DNA of 64,000 bases from an uncultured Acidobacteriota bacterium (GCA_963770995.1 CAVYRS010000001.1:79575-143574); one strand, 5' to 3'; positions 10,688 to 20,672 are shown, numbered from the stretch's first letter. The notes: a model not told the origin generated them from the letters alone. Numbers and translations are program-made.

Positions 10688-11675
10688 TCAATACCTGCCA
10701 GTTCACTGCGCGGAAGGTGATGAATGCAATGCCGAGCGCGCCCCAGGCGAGCGATCGCGCGCGGCGGGCGAGCGCGAGGCTGAGGCCGTGCGCGCCGCCG
10801 AGTTGCAGTCCTTCCGCCAGAGCGGTCGTTGCCGCTTCGGTGATGCCGAGCTTGCCCGGAATGAATTGCCCCGCGCCGTTCATCAACCGGCTCACGCCTT
10901 CGAGCACGATCACCGGCGCGACCGCGGGCGCCCCGCCGAGCCACGCCAGCACCAGGTACGCCTCGACCACGTTGCTGATCTCCTGCGCCGCCGCACAGGC
11001 CGCGATCGCAATCCACGTCGCCGTGTCGCGGCGCATGGCGCCGGCGCGCCGGCGCCACGATCGGTTCAGCGCGAAGAGCACGGCCGCAGTAATCGTCAGG
11101 CCGGCGATCAGCCATCCCACGAAATGAAATCGCACAGCGGCGATCGCGATGCCTCCGACGATCAGTACCGCTGCCGCGGCACTGTACGCGACACGCTCGA
11201 CCACGGCCGCCGCGAGCGCGTCCCGCCGCGGCATGCGGTGCTCGAGGAGCAGCGCCTTCATCGGCTCGCGCGACACCGTGCCCCACGCGAAATATCCCGC
11301 CGCCTCGCCGGCGACGACGGCAGCAAACGCCTCGTGCCATGGCGGCCGCAGGGCAGGCGCCATCGCGAGCCGCCACCCGGCCGCCTGGAACAGGAAGCGC
11401 GCAGCGGCGAGGACGAGGATCAGCGGCAGCATCGGCGCCAGCGCGCGAAGCTGCGCAGCCAGCTCCTGCGGGCCAACCGACCAGATCGTCCAGGCGAATA
11501 GCGCGATACCCGCGATCGCGGAGAGCGGAAGGAACCAACGCTTTCCACGGCGCTCGGCTGAAGCCTCGCGCTCGAGCTGCGGACGGCGCGCGAACCAACC
11601 GAATGGAGCGCGAGGCGCCGGGGGGCCCAAGGCGCGGTTGGTGCGCGTTAGGGTGCTCTTCAGCCGAGCGCTCAC
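10614..11675 (-). CDS. Lysylphosphatidylglycerol synthase TM-domain (flippase-like) protein
   Basis: Multi-TM, EPMKA...VVERV, FIPGKLGITEAA; GTG start overlaps the upstream TGA. Confidence 0.75.
   Translation of the reverse strand: MSARLKSTLTRTNRALGPPAPRAPFGWFARRPQLEREASAERRGKRWFLPLSAIAGIALFAWTIWSVGPQELAAQLRALAPMLPLILVLAAARFLFQAAGWRLAMAPALRPPWHEAFAAVVAGEAAGYFAWGTVSREPMKALLLEHRMPRRDALAAAVVERVAYSAAAAVLIVGGIAIAAVRFHFVGWLIAGLTITAAVLFALNRSWRRRAGAMRRDTATWIAIAACAAAQEISNVVEAYLVLAWLGGAPAVAPVIVLEGVSRLMNGAGQFIPGKLGITEAATTALAEGLQLGGAHGLSLALARRARSLAWGALGIAFITFRAVNWQVLIDDAIRYLRSRGASGPVPVRGVFH
11550..11671. repeat. REP-like palindromic element with nested 42-bp insert, inside CDS 5' end
   Basis: Left arm gcgctcggctgaagcctcgcgctc (11550-11573); its exact complement is split as 11606-11616 plus 11659-11671. 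Confidence 0.75.
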
Positions 11676-12394
11676 GGCACCCGCCTTACCGGCGCCGCGA
11701 GCTGTTCCGCGCGGGCGAGGTCTTCGGGGAAATCGATCTCGGTCCACGGAATGCCGTCGGTCGCGACTGCCCGCAGCGGCGACTCCTGCGCGAACGCGCG
11801 AAACGCCATCGGCGCCCACGCGTTGAACTCGCCCGCCGCGATGAGCGCGTCGATGTGCGCGACGAGGCGCTTCGCGCCGTGCACGCCGAACTTCAGGATG
11901 CCGACGTTTTCCGCATCGGCCTCCGACGGCGCGAGCTCTTTGCTGAAATCGATCGCGAAGCCGTTCCAGATCCTCACCTTCATCTCTTCGTCGGCGAGCG
12001 TGCTGTGTTGATCGACGAGGACCGCGTCCTCGACAGGCATAGGGACGAGCCGCTGCATCAGTTCACGCGAGACCAACAGGTCGGAATTCATGATCACCGC
12101 GCCCGCCATCAGTTCGTGGCGCGCCAGCCACAGCGAATAGAGGCTGTTCGTGTCGCGATAACGCGGGTTCTCGATGTAGCGCACGCGGTTGCGCAGATGA
12201 TCGCGAAGCCGCTGCTGCCGGTACCCGACGACAAGCGTGACGTCGCGGATGCCGCAGGACGCGAGCGCATCGAGATGACGGTCGATGAGCGGCACGCCGT
12301 CGACCTCGAGCATCGCCTTCGGCCGATCGGCGGTGAGCGTCCCCATGCGTTTGCCGTTGCCGGCGGCGAGGATGACGGCGCGCTTAGAAGACAT
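11672..12394 (-). CDS. Phosphocholine/phosphonate-type cytidylyltransferase (NTP transferase)
   Basis: ILAAGNGKRM...PKAMLEV, TNSLYSL, WTEIDFPEDL. Confidence 0.88.
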   Translation of the reverse strand: MSSKRAVILAAGNGKRMGTLTADRPKAMLEVDGVPLIDRHLDALASCGIRDVTLVVGYRQQRLRDHLRNRVRYIENPRYRDTNSLYSLWLARHELMAGAVIMNSDLLVSRELMQRLVPMPVEDAVLVDQHSTLADEEMKVRIWNGFAIDFSKELAPSEADAENVGILKFGVHGAKRLVAHIDALIAAGEFNAWAPMAFRAFAQESPLRAVATDGIPWTEIDFPEDLARAEQLAAPVRRVP

Positions 12395-12434
12395 ATCTGC
12401 TCTCTCCTCGGCAGCCCTGCAGGGCTGCGCTAGG

Positions 12435-13616
12435 TCACATCGTCACGGCCGGCGGGAGCGGCTGTACGCGGACGCTGCGGATGATGTGCGTGTGCACGGC
12501 AACGACGATCACGAGCGCGCCGAGGGCGCCGTAGGCCCAGATTTCCGTGAGCGCCGGGATGAAGCCAATCAGTGCCTGAAAGACGATGAGATGCGCGACA
12601 AACGATCGCTTGATCAGTTGCCGTCCCCACACGGCGAAGCGCTGCGTCGCGGTGCCCTGTCGAAATTCAGCCGCCAGCGCATCGTCGAACGCGCCGGGAT
12701 TGACGCTCGCGACGCGCGCGCGGAGGTAGCCGACGATCGAGACGATCAGGAGAGTGGTCGGCGCGGCGACGAGCGCGGCGATCGTGTGGTGGTCGAAGCC
12801 TTCGACGCGGAAGTCGCCCCAGATGATTCCGCCGAGCACGACGAAGTAGGACAGGTAATCGGTGACCGTTTCGAGCCACGCGCCGAACTTCGAGTCGGCG
12901 AGCGCGCCGCGCGCCACCTCGCCGTCGCTGCAGTCGAGCACCATGCTCGCCCAGTAGAAGAGCGCACCGGCGAGGCCGGCCCAGTAGCTCCCGATCGAGA
13001 ACGACAGGCCGGCGAGGACGGCGAGAGCGAAGCCCGCGAGCGTCACCTCGTTCGCGCTGATCGACCAGCGAAGCAGGACGCGGCTCAACGGAATCGAGAA
13101 CCGTCGGATGTTTCGCGTGAAGCAGCCCTCGCGTCCGCCGCCGTTGGTGTGGCGCAGGTATTCGGTCTCGACGCGCGCGACATCGCGCACGTCACGAATT
13201 CGCGCGACGTAGCGCGGCGCGACGCGGATGCTGCGCACGTTCGCTCCGACCGCGAGCCGGCGCAGGCCCGAGCGGAGGCGCGGGACCGCGCGAATCCGTT
13301 CGGTCGCGCGCAGCGACAGCAGCATCAATCCGGTGCTCTCGCCAGCGGCGTCGACGGCCATCGCCGCGTCTTCGGGCAGGTGGACGTCGCGCCGCACGAG
13401 GCTGGTGATGACGCTGCACTCGACAATCACGCGCTCGGGCAGCACGAGCAGCAGATCGACGACCGGCACGTTCGCGAAGGGATACTCGTCGTCCACGATC
13501 TGCACCTGCTCGATTCCTGCGCGGCGAACGAGCCGCGCTGCGCGCTCGGCCAGGTCGAGGCCGGCGAAGCGGAGAGGCGTCGTGTCGCGAACGATGAGGG
13601 CGGCGATGCGCGTCAT
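12435..13616 (-). CDS. CDP-alcohol phosphatidyltransferase with degenerate N-terminal nucleotidyltransferase-like domain
   Basis: SANEVT, LDCSDGEVAR-x8-GAWLETVTD signature. Confidence 0.88.
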   Translation of the reverse strand: MTRIAALIVRDTTPLRFAGLDLAERAARLVRRAGIEQVQIVDDEYPFANVPVVDLLLVLPERVIVECSVITSLVRRDVHLPEDAAMAVDAAGESTGLMLLSLRATERIRAVPRLRSGLRRLAVGANVRSIRVAPRYVARIRDVRDVARVETEYLRHTNGGGREGCFTRNIRRFSIPLSRVLLRWSISANEVTLAGFALAVLAGLSFSIGSYWAGLAGALFYWASMVLDCSDGEVARGALADSKFGAWLETVTDYLSYFVVLGGIIWGDFRVEGFDHHTIAALVAAPTTLLIVSIVGYLRARVASVNPGAFDDALAAEFRQGTATQRFAVWGRQLIKRSFVAHLIVFQALIGFIPALTEIWAYGALGALVIVVAVHTHIIRSVRVQPLPPAVTM

Positions 13617-13618
13617 GA

Positions 13619-14578
13619 CTAGAACTTCGTCCGTTCGTCGAGGAACAACTGAACTTCTAACCACCAGCGCGGTTGATAGACGGCGTGCACCGGAACGGCC
13701 GCGAGCGGGCCGCTGGTGCCATAGGTCAGTTGAAAGCGCGTCGTTTCGCCGGTGTCGCGGCTCCGGATTTCAAAATCGCCCCGCGCGACGTTGCTGTAGG
13801 CCCTGCCGTCGATCGTCGCGCTCTTCAGCAGCGAGGACGACTTCATGGTGAGCTCGTAGAACACGCCGTAGTAAACGTACGGAACTGGCGTGCGCGACGG
13901 TTTGACACTGCCGCCGGAGTGCGTGTCGCCTCGGTACGAATCAACGCTCTGCTTCACGAGATCGTGCAGCGCGACGAGGAATCCCGGGCGCGTGCCGTTC
14001 GGCAGCGCCACCGATCGCCGCTCGCCGTTGGGCGCCGCCGCGTTCACGAGCGTGAGCAGCGGCTCGATGTCGCGGAACGTGAGATCGCGCTCGACGCGCA
14101 CGGTCGTCACGCCGGCGCTCGCCTGGTGCGCGCTCGCCGTGCCCTGAATCGCGCGATAGACGAATCCCCCCTGGCCATCTCTGTCGAGAAGTGCTTCGGC
14201 CTCTTTCACCGATTGCTCGTTCGACTGCTTCATCACGCCGATGACGCGCGCGTCCGATCCGCGCACCTGCTCGGCGATGTAGCCCCAGCGATTGATCTTC
14301 CGGGGCGCGCGCAGCGGATCCGATCCGATCAACAGATCCAGTCCGAAGCCGCCGCTGTCGTCGCCGCGCCAGCTGATTCGCGCGCCGCCGATGTCGTCTG
14401 TGGTGATCCAGAAGAGCAGCGGCCGCATCTTCGCGAGCATCCGGTAGTTGTGTTCGGCGACCACCGGCAGCGTGCTCGGCGTGCCTGGCGTCTTCTCCGC
14501 CGCGAGACCCGAGAGCGGCGCCGCCGCGATGACGGCGCCAAGGACCGCGAGTCGGAGCGCTCGATGTGTGAGTGACAT
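13619..14578 (-). CDS. Exported hypothetical protein
   Basis: Signal peptide, GGAG RBS, tight operon spacing. Confidence 0.75.
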   Translation of the reverse strand: MSLTHRALRLAVLGAVIAAAPLSGLAAEKTPGTPSTLPVVAEHNYRMLAKMRPLLFWITTDDIGGARISWRGDDSGGFGLDLLIGSDPLRAPRKINRWGYIAEQVRGSDARVIGVMKQSNEQSVKEAEALLDRDGQGGFVYRAIQGTASAHQASAGVTTVRVERDLTFRDIEPLLTLVNAAAPNGERRSVALPNGTRPGFLVALHDLVKQSVDSYRGDTHSGGSVKPSRTPVPYVYYGVFYELTMKSSSLLKSATIDGRAYSNVARGDFEIRSRDTGETTRFQLTYGTSGPLAAVPVHAVYQPRWWLEVQLFLDERTKF

Positions 14579-14590
14579 CTGAATCTCCGC

Positions 14591-17029
14591 TCAGAAGAGA
14601 AAGGTGAACTTCGTCCGAATCTGACGGTCGACGCTGTTCGCGAACTCGCGATACGTCGGGCTGCTCGTGTTGTTCTGCACGTCCTGCGGATTGAAGTGGT
14701 TCGTCAGGTTGAACAGCTGGATGCCGACGCGCGCGCGGCGCGACTTGCTCAGCTGCACGTCCTTGGTGACCCCGAGGTCGAGCGTGAACAGATTCGGGAA
14801 GCGCTCCGAGTTCCGCACGCCGACGACGTTCTGCTGCGCGTCGATCACTGTGTAGGGGAACCCAGTGCGGTACTCCATCGTCGGCGCGACGGTGAAGCTG
14901 CGGACGTTCATCACACCCCACACGAGGAACCGGTTCGGCGTGTCGAACGACTGCCGCGCGTACTCGTCGCTGAGGATGATCGGATCGCGCAGGTCGCCGA
15001 AGAGCGAGACGAAGTCGTTCAGATTGCCCTTCGTGCTCGAGCGCACGTACGAGGCGGTGATGTGATTCTGGTTCTTGAACGTCCGCCGCAGCGTCCCCTC
15101 GATCTCGTACGAGCGCGAGCGGCCGTCGCTGGACAGCGTCAACGTTCCGTCCTCGCGGTTCGGGTTGATGATGAGCTGATCGGATCCAGTGGAGCGGCGA
15201 TAGCCGACGCGAGCCACCAGGTTGTTCGCGATCATCTGGCCCAGCTCGACGTTCCAGACGGTGCTGCTCGGCGTGCGAAGGCCGTCCGCCGCGATGCGGT
15301 TCGACACGAACGCGATGCTCGTCGGGAGGCCGGCGCCGTCGTATTCGGTGATCTGCCGCGACTGGTGGCTCGCGAAATAGGCGGCGTTGAGCGGGAGCTT
15401 GTCGTAGAAGATGCCCGCGCCGCCCTTGATGACGGTGTGGCCGTGCTCGAACGGACGGAACAACGCGTCGACACGCGGCGCCAGCGTCTGCTCGCCGGCG
15501 ATCCGCTCGTACCCGTACCGAGCGCCGCCGCGAATCGTCAGGTTCGACGCCGGCGCCCACTCGTCTTCCAGGAAGCCGGCGATCTCGGTATTGTCCGCGC
15601 CGACGTGCGTGTCGCCGAGGTAATCGATGCGTGTGATCACCGATCCGGCCGCACCCGTCACGATGACCGACTGGCTGGCGTCGATGCCGTCGTACCTCGT
15701 CTGAGCGAGCTGCCCGCCCGCGCGCATCAGGTGCTGGCCCCAGCCTTCGGGGATGGCGATGGCGAGCATCGCGCTCGCGTCGTAGCGGCGGCTGTCGCGG
15801 TCGAAGCGGTTGAAGTAGTTGCCGCGGTAGCCGGAGACGGTGGCGAACGACGCGGTGTCGTGCTTCGGCGCGACGTTCATGTCGTACTGCTTCACCGCCG
15901 CGTTCGTCGACAGCGTCGTGGTGTCGCTGAGCACGGTGCGCGCCGACACGGCGCCGGTCCAGCCGCGCTGCTGCAAGTCGGGCGACGCGTCGAACGGATG
16001 GAGCGTGTCGATCCCGGCGTTGTCGATGTTGCTCGGGAAAATGACGAGAGTCGCGGTGAGGTGATTCGAGGTGTTGATCATCCGGTCGATCTGCGTCACC
16101 GAGTCGAAGCTCCGCACCTTCTGTTCGTCGTTGCCGCGCGGTGAGAGCTCCTCGACCTGTGTGCGGACCCAGCGGTAGCTCATCGCCTGGGAGAACCACA
16201 TGTGCCCCCGCTCGATCGGACCGGAGATGCGCACGCGCGGCGTGAACGAGTCGAATCCCTCGATGCCGTTGTGGAACCGGAAGCGCGGCATGAAGTTCTG
16301 CACCTGGACATCGTGCTTGTCCTGCCCGGGGCGAATCACGATGTTGGTGACGCCGCCGGTCGCGTTGCCGTACGCCGCGGAGTACACGCCGGCGTGGACG
16401 GTCATCGTCTCGATCGCTTCGAGCGGCAGCCGCACGGCGAAGTGGCCGGTAACCGGGTCGGTCATGTTGACGCCGTTCATCAGCAGGGAGCTCTGATCGG
16501 CGCGCGCGCCCTTCATGTTCAACAGCCCGTCGGGTCCGCGGACGACGCCGGGCAGCAGCGGCAGTGCGTCCTCGAATCGCTCCGTCGCGAGCGGGACGTC
16601 GGCGAGGACCTGCTGCTCAATCACCGCTTCGCCGATCGGCGCGGCGGGAATCAGTTCTTGGCGCGTTTCCGGCTTGACGACGACCGTCTCGCTGAAGCCC
16701 GCGAGCTGGAGGATTGCTTTCAGCTCGGCGCTCGCGGGGACGACGACGGCGTCGAATGTCTTCTCTTCGAATCCGGACAGCGAGAGGACGACGGTGTACG
16801 TGCCAGGCGCGAGGTCGGTGAAGGTGAAGCGACCCACGCCGTCGGTGATCTGTTCCTGTGGATCGCCTTCACCGCCGACGGCTTTCAACGTGACGGTGAC
16901 GCCGGGCAAGGCCAGCTCCTGCGCGTCGAGCGCGACGCCCGTGATCGCGGCCGTTCCGTCGGCGGCGTGCACGCGTCCGGCGGCGGCGATCAGCAGGGCA
17001 ATGAGTCCAAACAGCTTGACAAGTCTCAT
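14591..17029 (-). CDS. TonB-dependent receptor with carboxypeptidase-regulatory-like N-domain
   Basis: Signal peptide, TDGVGRFTFTDLAPGTY, plug LLPGVVRGPDG, YSAAYGNATGG, C-terminal Phe. Confidence 0.88.
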   Translation of the reverse strand: MRLVKLFGLIALLIAAAGRVHAADGTAAITGVALDAQELALPGVTVTLKAVGGEGDPQEQITDGVGRFTFTDLAPGTYTVVLSLSGFEEKTFDAVVVPASAELKAILQLAGFSETVVVKPETRQELIPAAPIGEAVIEQQVLADVPLATERFEDALPLLPGVVRGPDGLLNMKGARADQSSLLMNGVNMTDPVTGHFAVRLPLEAIETMTVHAGVYSAAYGNATGGVTNIVIRPGQDKHDVQVQNFMPRFRFHNGIEGFDSFTPRVRISGPIERGHMWFSQAMSYRWVRTQVEELSPRGNDEQKVRSFDSVTQIDRMINTSNHLTATLVIFPSNIDNAGIDTLHPFDASPDLQQRGWTGAVSARTVLSDTTTLSTNAAVKQYDMNVAPKHDTASFATVSGYRGNYFNRFDRDSRRYDASAMLAIAIPEGWGQHLMRAGGQLAQTRYDGIDASQSVIVTGAAGSVITRIDYLGDTHVGADNTEIAGFLEDEWAPASNLTIRGGARYGYERIAGEQTLAPRVDALFRPFEHGHTVIKGGAGIFYDKLPLNAAYFASHQSRQITEYDGAGLPTSIAFVSNRIAADGLRTPSSTVWNVELGQMIANNLVARVGYRRSTGSDQLIINPNREDGTLTLSSDGRSRSYEIEGTLRRTFKNQNHITASYVRSSTKGNLNDFVSLFGDLRDPIILSDEYARQSFDTPNRFLVWGVMNVRSFTVAPTMEYRTGFPYTVIDAQQNVVGVRNSERFPNLFTLDLGVTKDVQLSKSRRARVGIQLFNLTNHFNPQDVQNNTSSPTYREFANSVDRQIRTKFTFLF

Positions 17030-17053
17030 GAGTCCTCCCGTCGCCATTGCAAG

Positions 17054-17068
17054 GCAACTGCAGCGCCA
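17054..17068 (-). promoter_or_regulatory. Sigma-54 promoter candidate for the TBDR operon
   Basis: TGGCGCTGCAGTTGC. Confidence 0.55.
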
Positions 17069-17214
17069 TCTCGCGCGGCGCGATGCCAGCGGCCGTCTAG
17101 CGGTTGAACGTGAAGGAGTTAGATGGGAAGGCGGCGAAGACGGCGACGGCGCTCAACGCGGGCGCCGTTCACATAAGAACGCAGACTGTCTGGGGATACG
17201 CAAGTTGTCGATGC

Positions 17215-17343
17215 TTACCCCTTCTCCCACTTCACCAGCTTGAGATCGAGAACGAACGTCGCGCAGATCACCGGCTGGCCCGTGATCCACAGGCAGCTCA
17301 GCGCGCCCATCACGCCGAACGGAATCGCGGCAAACACGATGAG
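17215..17343 (-). pseudogene. Internally deleted C-terminal remnant of an RND (AcrB-family) permease
   Basis: LIVFAAIPFGVMGALSCLWITGQP joined to VICATFVLDLKLVKWEKG*. Confidence 0.6.
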
Positions 17344-17583
17344 TCAGCGACGGTTTCGAATGAGGACAAATGCAGGTGGTCGAGAGGGATGAGTTTCGCG
17401 TTACCGAAGAGACTCGGGCTACGGAGCGAGGCTGGCGGTGGGTGCATCCGCGACGTCCTCCACGGCACGCCGCAGAGCACTCGAACGGACGCGTCGACAT
17501 GCTGCGACGCGCCCAGCCACGACGATCGACCCTTGCCTACGCACTCGCTGTTTGAACCAGGATCGGTGCGGAGGCTCCGACCG

Positions 17584-18477
17584 TCAGAAGAGCGTTTTCT
17601 TGATGAGCGCCGGGATCGTCGGCGTCGCTTGCAGTTGAATATTCCACTTCGGACCGGCGACGCTTGGACGAATCGGGTAGTGCTGAACCTGCAGCTGGAA
17701 CAGCGTCGGCAGGCCTCCGCATTTGCACATCTTGCCCACCTGTGGCCCGATCCCAAACGTCCCTTGCTCACCTCCGCGCGCCTTCCAATCCACCAAAAGC
17801 GTCGGTTGCGTCCCGATGGTCCACCCGTTTTCGAACAAGTACGTGAAGTTGAAGGTGCCGCTCATCTGGTTGGTGTCCCGGCCGTCTCCGCCGACCTTGA
17901 ACCATTGCTGTACGAAGCCATAGGAGATGAAGTGATTGCCGAGCAACACGGCTCCCGCATCAGGCCCCAGCTGCCAGGTGTGCTGGCTGAGCAGATCCTT
18001 CGATGCCGTCGGAAGAATGAACGTCGGGCCTGCGCCGACCATGAGCCGGCCGCCGAGGAGCGAATGCGGGAGAGCAAATGCGAGAACGGTGTCGCCGAAC
18101 CCGGCGGTCCGTTCGTTCTGCCCGCTTTGATCGGGATGGGGGACGGAATTCACGATTGTCACAATGGGGCGGATAATCAGCCCCTGCTTCTCGGTCAGCC
18201 TCACACTCAGTAACGGCTGGAACTGCAGATTGCTCTGCACCCGATCGTCGCCGCCGGGCATCTCCGTCCAATTGTTGTTCTGCAGTAGCTGCAGCGCCCA
18301 ACTGCTGCCGAACGGATTACTCGCCTCTTGCGCCATTGCCGCGGTCGACTGGTCCTGACCCCCTGACGGCTGCGTGGCGTGTGTCGTTGTCGCCTGCGTT
18401 TGCGCCAGCGCTGGCCTGGCCGCGCACGCGACTGCGAGAGCGACGCCGAGAATCGTTGTGAGCTTCTGCCGTGTCAT
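17584..18477 (-). CDS. Putative outer-membrane beta-barrel protein
   Basis: Signal peptide, ASNP...NLQFQP...GFGD...GAGPTFILPTAS, terminal Phe; sigma-54-like AGGCATCACCTTTGC at 18505-18519. Confidence 0.75.
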   Translation of the reverse strand: MTRQKLTTILGVALAVACAARPALAQTQATTTHATQPSGGQDQSTAAMAQEASNPFGSSWALQLLQNNNWTEMPGGDDRVQSNLQFQPLLSVRLTEKQGLIIRPIVTIVNSVPHPDQSGQNERTAGFGDTVLAFALPHSLLGGRLMVGAGPTFILPTASKDLLSQHTWQLGPDAGAVLLGNHFISYGFVQQWFKVGGDGRDTNQMSGTFNFTYLFENGWTIGTQPTLLVDWKARGGEQGTFGIGPQVGKMCKCGGLPTLFQLQVQHYPIRPSVAGPKWNIQLQATPTIPALIKKTLF

Positions 18478-18757
18478 CTCCACCTTCCTTGCCTGTGCGT
18501 GAGGGCAAAGGTGATGCCTGCGCTCGGGAACGGGATCCTTCCATTGACATGCGATGTGGCGGTGGCATCGCCGCCTGTTTTCAGACGCACCGTCCGAAAA
18601 CAGACGCTTATTCGGGTGGGAACCAGGAACAAACACACGCATTTCCCCCATGTCTGCGACGAAACGCGGGCCGGCATCGCCGTTGCCATCTCCCAGCGCG
18701 TCACATGCGGACCTACAGAAGGTTCGCTTCTCGATGCGCGAGGTTCCTGGAGGCGAT

Positions 18758-19489
18758 ATGCGAACGTTCACACGATGTGCGCGGTATCTGGTGCCAAGTG
18801 TTTTAGTGGTCGGTTTGATGGCGCTAGGCGCGCCGTGCGCTGCTCAAGAAGTCGGTGCACCGGATGCACCCGACGCACACGAGGGACGCGGCTCGGTGGT
18901 TGCGCCGTCGCCCTGGCTCCTGGTGAGCACGCCTATCCGACGAGGCGTGGACCTCAAACTCTCCACGTTTTACATCGGCGAATTCAACGTCCCCGTCACG
19001 CAAGTCGATGTGCCTATTCGGGCGACGAGATTTCTGACGATTACTCCCAGCTATCTCTACAACTGGGTCCCGGCCAGCGGGCTCAACAAGATGACGCCGC
19101 AGCCTCTGGGAGCCACCGAGAGCTACGAAGAAAACCAATTTCGAATCGATGGGACCTTCATGGTCCCCATCGGCAAGTTCGAGATTTCCGCTCGCAACAT
19201 GTACGTCAGAAGGTTTCGTCCAAATCCCGCAGCCGATATCAACCGCTATCGCGGCCGCGTCGGGATCGCGCGGCCCGTCGCGGTCCGCGGCCGCGTCGTG
19301 AAACCGTTCGCCTCATACGAAAGCTTTTACGAACGCAAAGGCGGATGGAACCGAGATCGAATCTGGTCCGGGGTCACGCTCCCCGTCACCAAGCACGTGA
19401 TGTTTCAGCCGTCCTACATGTGGGAAACGAGTCAGGGCAATCGCAATGTCAACTATGTGCTGTTCGGCCTGATCGTCAACACGAAATGA
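18758..19489 (+). CDS. DUF2490-like outer-membrane beta-barrel protein
   Basis: Signal peptide, EENQFR, RYRGRVG, alternating beta pattern; GGAGG RBS; sigma-54-like CGGCATCGCCGTTGC at 18672-18686. Confidence 0.7.
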   Translation: MRTFTRCARYLVPSVLVVGLMALGAPCAAQEVGAPDAPDAHEGRGSVVAPSPWLLVSTPIRRGVDLKLSTFYIGEFNVPVTQVDVPIRATRFLTITPSYLYNWVPASGLNKMTPQPLGATESYEENQFRIDGTFMVPIGKFEISARNMYVRRFRPNPAADINRYRGRVGIARPVAVRGRVVKPFASYESFYERKGGWNRDRIWSGVTLPVTKHVMFQPSYMWETSQGNRNVNYVLFGLIVNTK

Positions 19490-19529
19490 AACGTCCTTCG
19501 TCGTCAACCAGCGTGAAAAGGAGACTTGC

Positions 19530-20672
19530 ATGTCGAACGTGTTTCAACGAGGAACCGCGATGCTCGCACTGATGATCGCCAGCGTGGCCTTCGTCACGAC
19601 CGCGCACGCGCAGATGCCCACCTCGCCCTACAAGAAGGGCGCACCATTTCCGGAGCCCGATGAAGAGCTCTACGGCGTTGCCGTGAACGGCAAACTCTAC
19701 GTGATTGGCGGCTGGGGCGACGGCAAAGCTCGCGGCGTCAACTACGAGTACGACCCGGCGACTGACCGGTGGACGAAGAAGCAGCCGATGCCGCGGCCGG
19801 CTCACCACGCGGCGCTGGCCGCGGTGAACGGCAAGATTTACGCGTTTGGTGGCTTCGTCGCCCCCGCGAACACCGCTATCCCGCTCGGCGCCGCATGGGA
19901 ACCGATCGCCGACGCGTACGAGTTCAATCCGGCCACCGATTCATGGAAGCCGCTGCCACCGCTGCCCGGCAGGCGCGGTTCTGCGATCGCCGCGGAAGTC
20001 GGCGGCAAGATCTACGTGATCGGCGGCGCCACCACGATGGAAGGGTCGAAGGACCCGTTCTTCACGGCATTCGGGCCCGCCCGCGTGCTCGGCACGAACG
20101 ACGTGTACGACCCCGCTACGAACAAGTGGGAGAGCCGCAACCCGATGTCGGTGCCGCGCAATCACGCCTTCAGCGGTGTCGTCAACGGCAAGATTTACGT
20201 CATCGGCGGCCGCACCGGCCAGGGCTTCATCCTGTCGGCCACCAACACGAATGTGGTCGAAGAGTACGACCCCGTCTCCAACATGTGGAGTATCCCCAAG
20301 GAGCGGATGCCGACTGCTCGCAGCGGTGGGGCCTCGGGTAGCGACGGCCGCCGAATTTATGTCGCCGGTGGCGAGGTGACGACCACGGCACTCGTCGGCG
20401 CGTATCGAGCCGTCGAGGCGTACGACCCGGCGACGAATTCGTGGACCACGCTGCTGTCCATGCCGATGCCGCGTCACGGCCTCGCCGGCGCGGTGATCGG
20501 GAATCGCTTCCACCTGGTGAGCGGGATGATCCAGTCGGCCGGGGCGCTGACGTTCCTCGACCCGACGCTGTCCACCCACACCGCGATGCACGACATCCTC
20601 GAGTTGCAGTTCGGTTCTGTTCCTACGACGGCTACGAAGAGCGTGGCACCGCCGTCTTCCCAAAACCGGTGA
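19530..20672 (+). CDS. Exported Kelch-repeat beta-propeller protein
   Basis: Six NGKxYVIGG...YDPATxxW...MPxPR repeats, signal peptide. Confidence 0.92.
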   Translation: MSNVFQRGTAMLALMIASVAFVTTAHAQMPTSPYKKGAPFPEPDEELYGVAVNGKLYVIGGWGDGKARGVNYEYDPATDRWTKKQPMPRPAHHAALAAVNGKIYAFGGFVAPANTAIPLGAAWEPIADAYEFNPATDSWKPLPPLPGRRGSAIAAEVGGKIYVIGGATTMEGSKDPFFTAFGPARVLGTNDVYDPATNKWESRNPMSVPRNHAFSGVVNGKIYVIGGRTGQGFILSATNTNVVEEYDPVSNMWSIPKERMPTARSGGASGSDGRRIYVAGGEVTTTALVGAYRAVEAYDPATNSWTTLLSMPMPRHGLAGAVIGNRFHLVSGMIQSAGALTFLDPTLSTHTAMHDILELQFGSVPTTATKSVAPPSSQNR

